NCBI RefSeq assembly: GCF_006345805.1
Contig: NC_043022.1
Span: 20,026,001 to 20,090,000, forward strand
Length of the DNA: 64,000 bases
Source: Octopus sinensis
Taxonomy: Eukaryota
Direction of reading: 5' to 3'
The notes under the pieces are model-generated. The model worked only from the letters and a program-made list of their open reading frames with translations, was not told the DNA's origin and did no database searches. Shown one piece after another: positions 12,484-23,851 of the stretch. The translations under genes and the position numbers were made by a program. Each line of letters starts with the position of its first letter. Within the stretch, counting starts at the first letter, position 1.

Positions 12484-12880
12484 GCAGGAGTGGCTGTGTG
12501 GTAAGTAGCTTGTTAACCAACCACATGGTTCCGGGTTCAGTCCCACTGCATGGCATCTTGGGCAAGTGTCTTCTGCTATAGCCCCGGGCCGACCAATGCC
12601 TTGTGAGTGGATTTGGTAGACGGAAACTGGAAGAAGCCTGTCGTATATATGTATATATATATATATATGTGTATGTGTGTGTGTTTGTCCCCATAGCATT
12701 GCTTGACAACCGATGCTGGTGTGTTTACGTCCCCGTCACTTAGCGGTTCGGCAAAAGAGATCGATAGAATAAGTACTGGGCTTACAAAGAATAAGTCCCG
12801 GGGTCGATTTGCTCGACTAAAGGCAGTGCTCCAGCATGGCTGCAGTCAAATGACTGAAACAAGTAAAAGAGTAAAAAGAG
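12484..12880 (+). mobile_element. SINE-A, young full-length copy
   Basis: Complete head to AAAAGAGTAAAAAGAG tail. Confidence 0.93.
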
Positions 12881-12925
12881 TATGTCTAAATGTATTTAGA
12901 AGAATACATTAACAGTTAAATAGCT

Positions 12926-13272
12926 GCAGGTGTGGCTGTGCAGTAAGAAGTTTGCTTCCCAACCGCACTGTTCTGGGTTCAGTCCCACTGCATGCTACCT
13001 TGACCAAGCCTCAGGCTGACCAAAGCCTTGTGAGTGGATACTTGAGATGGAAACTGAAAGAAGCCCATCGCATGTGCATGTGTGTGTGCATGTGTTTGTC
13101 CCCCACCACCACTTGTCGACTGGTGTCAGTATGTTTACGTCCCTGTAACTTAGTGGTTCTGCAAGAGAGACCAAAAGAATAAGTACAAGGCTTTGAAATG
13201 AAAATAACTACTGGGGTCAATTCATTTGACTAAAATTCTTCAAAGCGATGCCCCAGCAATAAAAGAGAAAAG
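12926..13272 (+). mobile_element. SINE-A, older copy
   Basis: Diverged but colinear with 12484-12880. Confidence 0.82.
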
Positions 13273-13408
13273 TATATATGTGTATGTGTGTGTTCACTCA
13301 ATTCTGCATGTGTCTGTGCACATGTGTGCATATGTCTAAGCGTATTCAGAATATAGTTATATCACCATTATCATCATTTAAGGTTCATTTTTCTAAGGTT
13401 ACATGGAT

Positions 13409-13779
13409 CTCTTTTACTTGTTTCAGTCATTTGCTGGAGCACCGCCTTTAATCAAGCAACTCGACCCCGGGACTAATTCTTTTGTAAGCCCAGTACTTAT
13501 TCTATCGGTCTGTTTTGCTGAACCGCTAAGTGACAGGGACATAAACACACCAGCATCGGTTGTCAAGCAATGTTAGAGGGACAAACACAGACACACACAC
13601 ACATATATATATACATATATACGACAGGCTTCTTTCAGTTTCCGTCTACCAAATCCACTCACAAGGCTTTGGTCGGCCCGAGGCTATAGTAGAAGACACT
13701 TGCCCAAGGTGCCACGCAGTGGGACTGAACCCGGAACCATGTGGTTGGTAAACAAGCTACTTACCACACAGCCACTCCC
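13409..13779 (-). mobile_element. SINE-A, young copy, inverted relative to 12484
   Basis: Reverse complement differs from 12484 at about 7 of the first ~170 nt. Confidence 0.93.
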
Positions 13780-13989
13780 AGAATTTGCTGAATTTTCTCT
13801 GGCCAGATACCCTTTCTGTTTTTAACCCTCTCACCTGTTTCCATGCAAGGTAACATTTCCCATGTTTTTTTCCACAGAAGACTGGAAACAAACAACACCA
13901 CTTGTATGACAGTTTACGGGTATCATGTAATGCCATGACAAGGATACGCACACAAACACACGTATACACAAACACGCACATATATATAT

Positions 13990-14242
13990 AACGGTAAAGG
14001 TAAAATTACCTTCTCCAAGTCATGCCGACTCATAAGGACCGGTTTCCTGGTTTCAAGGTGTATAAAGTCCTCACCTGGAAAGGACACCAGTCTGTCACAG
14101 AGTTACTCATTTTGGCCAGCTGAGTAGATTGGAGCAAAATGAAATGAAGTGCTCTGCTCAGGAACACAATATGGCACCCAAGCCAGGACTCGAAACCACA
14201 ATCTTACAATAATGAGTCCAACATCCTAACCACTCAGCCACA
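13990..14242 (-). mobile_element. SINE-C-headed element with a TGAGTCGGCATGACT...TTACCTTTACC tail
   Basis: Head and core homologous to 42806 (CACTCAGCTGGC..AAATGAGT); different 3' tail. Confidence 0.65.
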
Positions 14243-14629
14243 GGGTTTTGGAACGTAACACACACAATTGTCGAGAGATTACTGCATATTAATATATTTT
14301 GGTAGTCTTTATCCAAGAATAGACTAAACAGAACAGGAAGAGACACATGGGATGTTGGAGTCGCTGAAGAGGTCACAGGTGTGTGACAAATGATTTCCAG
14401 ACAATGGACATACGTTAAAAAAAGAACAATAACAAACAAGTGAAGAACAAATATAGAGTGCATGTGTTTATTTGGCAAGAAAAAAAAATGACCATCTCAA
14501 AATATACCAATATCTGTTTCAAGACATGATTTCACATCAGGATTCTTGCAAAACAAATTCATAAATTTATTACATTTTTGCTCTCCAATTCTTATAGAAA
14601 TAAAAAAAAAAAAAATGGCTGTCAATAAT

Positions 14630-15070
14630 AGGAATGTACCAAATAAATCGCCATGCTGTGACACCTCCAACAACAACTTGGTATGTTCAGCTGCCAGTCC
14701 AAGCTCTGCAGCTCATCATGCCGAGAAGACCAAACTGTCAAAATATCAGCCACCCTCTGACAGGTTTGTGGTCAAACATGTAGCAGTGGAGATATCCGAA
14801 ATTCATGGCCCCTAGACCACATCTTTGCTCACCCCTATCAGGGGCGGGGGCAGAGATGGCTATCCGCAAGTGTGACCCCCCACGAGTCAGAGTGGCTGTT
14901 CCAACACATCTCCCTCGCTCTCCTCCAGGGCAATGCCTTCACAATTTCGTCTACTGCGACCATGAGACATGATGACATGCCTTTTTAGATATTACTTGTT
15001 ACTTTCTCTTGATATATGATATCACTGCTGTAATAACAGAAATGTATCAAAATGCTAAATGGAAATAAAG
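14630..15070 (+). mobile_element. CRE-clade non-LTR retrotransposon 3' remnant (restriction-like endonuclease C-terminus)
   Basis: SAAHHAEKTKLSKY...VKHVAVEISEIHGP* then, after a frameshift, (P)HESEWLFQHISLALLQGNAFTI...MPF* (stop 14986-14988); matches the CRE motifs AA..AE..K..KY / AVET.G..G / DPRE..WL.QRISLA.QRGNA; AATAAA near 15065. Confidence 0.75.
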
Positions 15071-15169
15071 TGCTGGGGCTGATTTAGTATTTAGATTACT
15101 CAGTCAAATGAAATGCATATTCATTTACAATGCAGCCAATGCTGGTGTCATGTAACTAGCACCCATACA

Positions 15170-15537
15170 TACCTATTTCTTTACTACCCACAAGGGACTA
15201 AACACAGAGGGGACAAACAAGGACAAAGGGATTAAGTCAATTACATCGACCCCAGTGCGTAACTGGTACTTATTTAATCGCCTCCGAAAGGCAGACGAAA
15301 TACCTATTTCTTAACTACCCACAAGGGGCTAAACACAGAGAGGACAAACAAGGACAGACAAACGGATTAAGTCGATTATTTCGACCCCAGTGCGTAACTG
15401 GTACTTATTTAATCGACCCCGAAAGGATGAAAGGCAAAGTCGACCTTGGCGGAATTTGAACTCAGAACGTAATGGCAGACGAAATACCACTAAGCATTTC
15501 ACCCAGCGTGCTAACATTTCTGCCAGCTCGCTGCCTG
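15170..15537 (-). mobile_element. Two SINE-B copies in tandem: broken 15170-15302 and full-length 15303-15537
   Basis: Duplicated TACCTATTTCTT.ACTACCCACAAGGG tails. Confidence 0.9.
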
Positions 15538-15539
15538 AA

Positions 15540-15945
15540 GCCAGCTCGGTGCCACTGGCAAGTAAAAAGCACCTTTCAAGCATTGGGCCTCGCAGAAGCA
15601 AAGTGGCCGTTGCCAGTGAGTGGCACATGAAAAGCAACTTTCAAGTGTTGGGCCTCCCAGAGGTAATGATGAATGACCGAAACCCTTGACATTATGTCGT
15701 GCTTGAGAAGAAGACCCATCAAGCCAAGTAAAATCACAGTCGTGGCAGACACTGGTGTCACACAAATGGCATGTAAAAGCACTCATTACACTCTTGGAGT
15801 GGTCGGCATTAGGAGGGGCATCCAGCCATAGAAACCATACCAAATCAGATTGGAGTCTGGTGCAGCCTTCCAGCTTGCCAGCCCTGGTCAAACCATCCAA
15901 CCCATGACAACATGGAAAACGGATGTTAAATAATGATGATGATGA
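15540..15945 (+). mobile_element. Older RTE-type 3' tail element
   Basis: Repeated TGGCA(C/A)..AAAAGCAC motifs, TTAGGAGGGGCATCCAGCC, terminal (GAT)n. Confidence 0.78.
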
Positions 15946-16200
15946 TTGTTTTGAATTAATCATGTTTTAACTTGTAGCATCGAGATTTTGCTGATATGTT
16001 TATCATTTTCAGAATGACATTATAGGGTAAGTGTGAGAGGCTGGATATAGCCTGTTCGTATCTAAGATTACATTTTCTAATATGCCATTCTTTTCTTCTA
16101 TGCCAATAAGGATTTACAGGAAATTTGGCTGTCATTTCTAACAGGCCAAGCAACCACATAGTGGATTATAGTGCTTCATAAGTACACTTGTACAGGCACA

Positions 16201-16269
16201 CCTACATGTGCATACAGACATGCACACTTACATGTGCATACAGACATGCACACTTACATGTGCATACAC
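16201..16269. repeat. 26-bp tandem repeat, ~2.6 copies
   Basis: C(C/T)TACATGTGCATACAGACATGCACA units. Confidence 0.9.
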
Positions 16270-17121
16270 ATACATACACACACACACACACACAAACTGT
16301 AAACATTTCTAAACTAGTTACAAGATGGGAGGAGGAGGGGGTGATGTGTCACAGAAATTATTAATCTGGCTGGCTGGCTGGCTGGTTGGTTGTCAAGAAA
16401 AATACTGAGGGGGCAAGAGTAGGGGGGGTTATTATTGTCAACAGATGTTATGGTGGGGGGGGTTTGATGGCAGCGCTTTTGAAAAGCCACAAAAAATTCC
16501 CTTTGTATTTAGTGCAAATCCCCTCTCCACTACCCTATCATCCACTCATCAACACCTCCCTAGCCCAAGCTCCCCTTTCCCCACCACTACCAGCTTTTCA
16601 CTTCTCTTTTACTTTTTAAAGGGAGAGATGACTGTTGATGCAGCAGCAGTAGTAGTAGTAGTCTTGTCCTGCCCCCTTATCTTGTATAAGGTAAACCAAA
16701 ATTTCAACAATGACAACTCTAAATGCCCAACAAAAGATCCACAAAGATAAAAGAACTAACACACTCACTGGTAAAGTTTCCACTCATTTACTTATTTATT
16801 TTCCCTAAAATTTTCATTATGTCTTGCAACCTTTTCAATAGTCATTGACTCTCCTTTGACCAATGCAGACCTGTTCCAAGAAAGGCAAGATTTTCCCTGT
16901 GGCCAGGCATGTTCTCATAGAACACTGGAAATGAATGACATTACTCATGTGACACACACACACATACATACCTATATATATATATATATCGTATATATAC
17001 ATACAAATATATACATATCATCATCATCATTGAACATTTGTGTTTGATGCTGGCATGGGTGTATGTTTGGGGGCAGGGTGTCGGGGGAGATTTTCAGTTT
17101 AAATTTTTCTGTTGTTGAACA

Positions 17122-17520
17122 TATTATAATAATGAAATTATTGTATATAATGCTCAGGTGCACCACAACTTGTCAGAGTATATGCAGTAATGTACAAATG
17201 TCTGGAAAGCGAACAATGCATGAGTCAGATACATGCTTGTGTGTGTATGGAGGGAGAAAATCAGGTGTAGTGTTGGTGAATCTCAGAAAGCATGGAAGTT
17301 TTGAAGGATGCAGTGCTTCGACAACTAACAACTGATGCTGGCAGTTTGTTCCAAGCCTCAGTAACTATCAACGTGAAAAAATGTTTCCTGAAGTCATGGG
17401 AGCTGTGCTGTTTTCTGACTTTGTAAATATGTCCACGGGTGTTAGATGGGTGGAGTTTGAAAAGGTGCTCAGAGTTATTGTTTGTCAATGGACCAGGAAG
17501 TTGTTCACAAACAGCAGCAT
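17122..17520 (-). mobile_element. 5'-truncated CR1-type LINE: ORF2 C-terminus and 3'UTR
   Basis: NTRGHIYKVRKQHSSHDFRKHFFTLIVTEAWNKLPASVVSCRSTASFK is the classic CR1/L2-group TRGH...RK.FF..RV...WN.LP..VV...FK motif; stop 17261-17263; tail ends in ATT repeats. Confidence 0.9.
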
Positions 17521-18810
17521 TAATTTTCTTCAGCAGAATACACGTCATTGATTGGTAAAAATTACCCAAATACGACAATTTTAACACGAAATAACTTCAA
17601 AAATACAAAATTTTGTCAAAAACATTAAGAGTAAAGCCTGTTCTATGTGACACATTCTACCAGTATCCAAAGTTTCAAAGTGTTTAGTTAAAAAAAAATT
17701 AATTAAAAAATCTGTGCATGAGATGGAACAGATCCAAATCCACTCACAAGATTGCCCTGGGGCCAAAGCAGAAAACACCTGTCCAAGGTGTCACATACAC
17801 ACATACTATGAGTATATGTGTGAGCATGCATGTATATATAAGATATATGCACTAAGGTTCCGTTGACTTTTCTTATCTTATAATTTTAAGTGAATATCAT
17901 ATTATGACAACTTTACCATTTACATTATACATACATATTTATATATATATGATGATCATCATCAATTAATGTCTGTTTTCCATGTTGGCTATATATATAT
18001 ATATATATGAATGTTTCAAATTGTATTAGTTTACCAGTTGTCTTTATCAGTGATCATGTGTTGAAAACAAACCTTTGTACATTGTGGACAAGTCACGACA
18101 GCCATTTAAAATACAAGCACGGAGCACAGAGTACATGCCGCTATATTCACTGCTGTCTGTATTTTATTTCGTGAAATAATTGTCATAAATAAAGTGTCAT
18201 AAAAATTATTGTATATCTACGACCTTGACATATAATTTATAAGGAAAGACAACAAAAGGAAATATTTTATTCAAGGTTTGTCTGCATTTTAAATGATTGT
18301 ATTATATTATATTATATTATATTATATTATATTCCACAATGAAATTGTTATAATATATGTGCGTGTGTATATGCACATTCATTTGAGAATACAAATAAGA
18401 GAAAAAGTATAAACGTATTCAATGCACGTAGTAACCTTTGTTTATTTCTCTGCAGTCAGAGTTGATTCTTGTTATTTGCGGACGAATACATGCAAATGAG
18501 ACTAATCTGTTATTGCAGTACAGTGCAGCACAGTGAAGTACTATCTTTGAGTTTTTGTATAAATATATATATATATATACACACGCACACGCAGATATAT
18601 ACACAAGATAACCACTGAGCCATGTGCCCTCACACAGTTACATGTATATGTGTATATATTCATCAGTTGGTTACCTGTTTCCAAGTAAGGTAATATTTTC
18701 TCATGACCAGGCATGTCTCAAAAGAGAGCAGATAAAGGATACTGCTTGCATAACAGTGACACTCATTTACAAACATCACACGATGTCAAGGAAAGGAGAC
18801 AGTAACACAT

Positions 18811-18846
<36 letters not shown>

Positions 18847-19504
18847 GTACAATGGGCTTCCACACAGTCTTCCTCTACCAATTTCACTCACAAAGCATTG
18901 GTCAATGCCCCAAAGTGACATGCAATGGAATTGAACCCAAAACCACATGTTTGCAAACTAAGCTTCTTAACTACACTGCCATGCTTATGAATCATTACCA
19001 TCATCATTAGGTTGGCATTAGGAAGGGCATCCAGTCATACAAATCATGTCAAATCAGACTGGAGCCTGGCGCAGCTATCCGGCTTACTAGTTCCGGTCAA
19101 ACTGTCTAATCCATACCAGCATTATTATTATCATTTACCATCCTTTTTTTCCATGTTGGACAGTTTGACAAGAACATGCAAGCCAGAAAGTTATGCCAGG
19201 TTCTGTCTGCTTAAAACTGTTCAGAAAGAAATGAGAGAAGGAAAAATATAAAATAAAATAAAAATAAAATAAGAAAAAAATAATAAAAACAAGCCAATAA
19301 GTGAAACCGGGACTTACCCAAGATACAACTCTGCCATTAAAACACGGTAAGTGTGATTCATCATCCACTATTTCTTCTTTGACAACTCTGAGAGAGAGGA
19401 AAAAAGGGACAAAAATTAGTCATCAACAAAAAGAAAATATACATAAGGGACTAGGGAAGAGGAGCAGTGCTGCACACAAAATATAAACTTGTTAATGTAA
19501 TTAA

Positions 19505-20072
19505 CCCTTTTAATATCAACACGCCCAGGACCACCCTGGTTAAATGATAAAAATGGTTGTTTTTGATCAAAACCTTCCATTAAAATTCCATTTTTATCTT
19601 GCTTTATATTTTGCTTCAATCATCAGATTGCAGCCCACCAGATTGCCAGAGCACCAACTTTGAAGAGTTTCAGTTGAACAAATTGACCCAGTACTTCTTC
19701 TTTTTTCTAAGTTTGGTTCTATCAGTTACTTTTGCTGAACTGTTAAGTTATGGAGACATCAAAAATAACCAATTTTAGTTGTCATATGGTGACGGGAGAA
19801 AAACACAAAGACACACACACACATAAATATATATGACGGGCTTCTTTCAGTTTCCAACTACAAAATCCACTCTCAAGCTTTGGTCATCCTGGGGCTACAG
19901 TAGAAGACACTTGGGCCTGAACCAAGAGCCAAGTGATTGGGAAGCAAGCTTCTTATCACATGACCAACCATCAGTTTAATAACAATAAATTATTTTACGA
20001 AATTCTTTATTATTTCCAAAATTAATTAAAACAAAAGCAGCATATTTAAAGAGAAATTTGGAAATGAAAGGG
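19505..20072 (-). mobile_element. piggyBac-like TTAA MITE family 1 with an old SINE-A inserted (~19635-19968)
   Basis: TTAA|CCCTTT ... AAAGGG|TTAA (19501-19504, 20073-20076); related to 39546-39765. Confidence 0.8.
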
Positions 20073-20408
20073 TTAAATAAATATTGGCTTCAAATTTTGG
20101 CACAAGGCCAGAAATTTCAGGGAAGAGGAACTAAGCTGATGACATCAACCCCAGTGATTAACTGGAGCTTATCTTATCGACCCCCAAAAGAATTGAATGC
20201 CATGTGATTTTAGGTGATGGAAACTGCATAGAAGCCTGTTGAGTGTGTGCATATGTGTGTGTGTGAAAGAGAGAGTGAGTGAATGTATTTGTCCTGCCAC
20301 TACTAATTGACAACCAATGTTGGCTTGTTTATGTTCCCATAACATTATTGGTTCAGCAAAAGATACCTGGAGAATAAGTACCAGACTTAAAAAATTAGAA
20401 CTGGAATG

Positions 20409-20626
20409 AGGTGGTTCTCAACTGGGGTCCATATAAGATTTTGTTGTTAAAATTTACCTCCAATAAATTGGTTATACTTCAACAATACACAAAATATTTT
20501 AATAATTATTTTCATACAATTTCTAATAGTATTTAATTATAAAAATATAATAGGAGCTTTTAAAAATATCAAATGGCTAGGAGGAATCAAAGAGGCCCAT
20601 AGATAAAAAATGATTGAGAAACCCTG
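20409..20626 (+). mobile_element. hAT MITE family 2, empty of the Helitron
   Basis: GTGGTTCTCAAC...TTGAGAAACCCTG; colinear with the flanks of the Helitron in 10382-11001. Confidence 0.8.
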
Positions 20627-21119
20627 AACTAAACCCTAAAAGGGTTTGGACTAAACCCTTCAGTGACTGACACAATGTGTCAGAATAAAATATGTGATGG
20701 CCAAGACTGGAATGTTTTATACAATAGTTCTACTTGTTCTGAGGCTAAAAAAAACAATGACAACACAACCCATCAATTGTAAAACTTTATTTATTAACAG
20801 TAACAACAGCGTGAAAATTGCCAGGCAAAATTCTAATATTCTAAAGTTGGCAAATCAGAATGAGATTTTTGTGCTGAAGCATAAACCAAGAATAAAAAGT
20901 CAGCTCTACTAAAGTTACTCCATAATTGACTGCAGCATGAATTTCAGTTATTTTGAAGATTACCAGATGTTTTTTCTTTTTTTTTTCACTAAAATTCTCC
21001 ATGCAATACTTGTTTCCCTAATTCTGAAATTTCTCCACAAGTGGCAACAAAATAAGAAAAGCATCTTGAATGTGCTACAGAATACATATATGATAACACA
21101 TACATATACACAACGAATA

Positions 21120-21343
21120 TGTTTCTTTATTACCCACAAGGGGCTAAACATAGAGGAGACAAACAACGACAGACAAACGGATTAAGTCGATTACATCGAC
21201 CCCAGTGCATAACTGGTACTTAATTTATCGACCCTGAAAGGATGAAAGGCAAAGTCGACCTCGGTGGAATTTGAACTCAGAACATAACGGCAGACGAAAT
21301 ACGGCTACGCATTTCGCCCGGCGTGCTAACAGTTCTGCCAGCT
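21120..21343 (-). mobile_element. SINE-B, young, tail type 1
   Basis: Near-full-length reverse-complement copy. Confidence 0.92.
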
Positions 21344-21559
21344 CCAGTTAACGAGATCGTAATAACAGTCAGCATTTTACTTTGATGAGTAGAATATATA
21401 TGTATACAACAGGCTTCTTTCAGTTTCCATCTACCAAATCTACTCACAAGGCTTTGTTCAGCCCATGGCCAATAGTATAGAATAGTGGAAGACACTTGCC
21501 CAAGGTTCCACATGAGAGGACTGGAGTCAAAACCACATGGTTGGGAAGCAAACTTGCCT

Positions 21560-21730
21560 CTTTTATGTTCAAACTGACCAGATCAGTCTTCTCACACCTA
21601 AACTACAATGTCATTCTAAAAATAAACAATCACATCGTCAAAATCTCAAAGCAAGAAGCTAATGCAGGATAAATTCAAAGCAATCTGAATAAATAGGCAA
21701 CAAATTCGACAGAGAATGCTAAAGGCTAAA
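21560..21730 (-). mobile_element. piggyBac-like TTAA MITE family 2, partial
   Basis: Homologous to 60940-61202 and 22988-23170; ends GAATGCTAAAGGCTAA. Confidence 0.7.
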
Positions 21731-22193
21731 GAGTTAGAATAAAATCTTGCTTCAACATGAATAGAGAAACAAAACATTTACGAAATTGTATCTCTTTCCG
21801 CTTTGTCTCAGTCACTGACACGAAAATACCAAATAGGAAACCTAAATCACAGCTATTTGAAAAGCCACCAATTACACGTGGCTATTACATAGCCGAACAC
21901 ACATTATTAGGAAACTGAAACATAATCGCAAACAATTTATCGTGCTAACTAATTACTGTTCGGTCAACAGTGCAGCTACTAAACAATAATAAGTAATACA
22001 TACTAATTAACCAAAAAGCAATATAAATAAATAAATACATAAGAGAAAAAAAAAGCTGTAGCTCATTTTTTCTTTCTTTTTTAATATCACAATTACTCTC
22101 TGTATTAACACTTGTAAAGGAGTGTAAAGAACAACTGCCTTATACTCATATCTGCTGCAAACTTGGATCTACATACAGGTAAGGGATCTTGAA

Positions 22194-22607
22194 TCTTTTG
22201 TTTCAGTTATTAGACTGTGGCCATGCTGGGACACTGCCTTGAAGAATTTTTAGTCGACTGAATCTACCCCCAGCATATTTTTAAAAACCTGGTACTTATT
22301 CTATTGGTCTGTTTTGCCAAATCACTAAGTTACAGGGATGTAAACATGTCAACACTGGTTGTCAAGCTGTGGTGCGGGAACCAACACAGACACACATATC
22401 CATCATCATCATCGTTTAGCGTCCGTTTTCCGTGCTATGTATATATATATGACAGGCTTCTTTCAGTTTCTTTCTACCAAATCCACTCACAAGGCTTGGA
22501 TCAGCCTGAAGCTACAGTAGAAGACAGTTGCCAAAGATGTCACGCAGTGGGACTGAACCCAGAACCATGTGATTGGGAAGTAAGCTTCTCACCACACAGC
22601 CATAACC
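22194..22607 (-). mobile_element. SINE-A, older full-length copy
   Basis: Colinear reverse-complement match. Confidence 0.82.
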
Positions 22608-22619
22608 ACACATGCACCC

Positions 22620-22650
<31 letters not shown>

Positions 22651-22987
22651 CACACATATATATATATATAATCAGAGATGTTCATAATTTGGTACTATTT
22701 ATTAAGTACACAGCTTCTTTCCCTTGTGGCTAGAAAACATATAAATACCAAAATTATATATTAAGTAGATAATAAAATATATCTAAGTTGCTTTCTTTTG
22801 ATTGGATTATCAATTAAGGTGTATTAATACTCTCTTTAATGCAAACAAAACTCATCTAGAGGGATTATGTTATCAACAGACAAATTAAGAAACTGAAGAA
22901 ATGGCTTCTTAAAATATTCTATGCAGACATCATACTGGAACAATATTTACATTAAATAGTGAGATGGGTATAATTGTTTCACTCTCT

Positions 22988-23170
22988 AAAACCCTTCAGC
23001 ATTCATATTACTATCAAATGAAATGTTTGCTTGTTCAAATTGTTTTGAATTAATCATGCATTACATGCTGCAGCTTTGAGATTTTGATGATGTGATCATT
23101 TATATTTAGTGACATTGTAGGGTAGGTGAGAGAGGCTGGATCTGGCCAGTTTTAAATGCTAAAGAGTTGA
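22988..23170 (+). mobile_element. piggyBac-like TTAA MITE family 2
   Basis: AACCCTTCAGCATT ... AATGCTAAAGAGTT termini; body TTTTGAATTAATCATGCA...GACATTGTAGGGTAGGTG. Confidence 0.75.
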
Positions 23171-23271
23171 GCCAAAAAGTATTCTAGTTCTAGGTGCCCT
23201 CATCCAGTCTTAGTTTTAAAATCTATAAGCATGCACATAAGTGTGTGTGTATATGTGTGTATGTGTTTATT

Positions 23272-23503
23272 TGTTTCTTTATTACCCACAAGGGGCTAAA
23301 CTTAGAGGGGACAAAGAAGGACAAACAAATGGATTAAGTCAATTACATCGACCCCAGTGCGTAACTGGTACTTAATCTATCGACACTGAAAGAATGAAAG
23401 GCAAAGTTGACCTCGGCGGAATTTGAACTCAGAACGTAACGGCAGACGAAATACGGCTACACATTTCGCCCATCGTACTAACGTTTCTGCTAGCTCGCCA
23501 CCT
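23272..23503 (-). mobile_element. SINE-B, full-length, tail type 1, with 22-bp TSD
   Basis: TSD TATATG(T/A)GTGTATGTGTTTATT at 23250-23271 and 23504-23525 (21/22). Confidence 0.95.
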
Positions 23504-23724
23504 TATATGAGTGTATGTGTTTATTGCCACTTCAACAAGGCTGTTCCAGAGGAACTGACATTACTAAAATTTTAATCCCAGGTGAACGCCTCCTCCAGCT
23601 GGTTAATCAATACAATCTGCATCCAATATATATTGCAAGCAGGTGAGTGAACCCCTCTACCATCTTCTAGCGACAGGACCACCAGACCATAGGGTTACGT
23701 TAGCCATTGTATCTGTTATTTTAA

Positions 23725-23851
23725 CCTTTAGCACACTGTAGACGCCTCTTGTTGCTGTACAAGATTTTCCCCCTTTCAATGTGACACAATGTGCTTGCAG
23801 CCACAGGGGAGAAAACTCATAGTGCCATGATGCACCTAAGTGTACTAAAGG
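23725..23851. mobile_element. 127-bp TTAA-flanked MITE (third piggyBac-like family)
   Basis: TTAACCTTTAGCACAC / GTGTACTAAAGGTTAA inverted termini (15/16). Confidence 0.7.
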
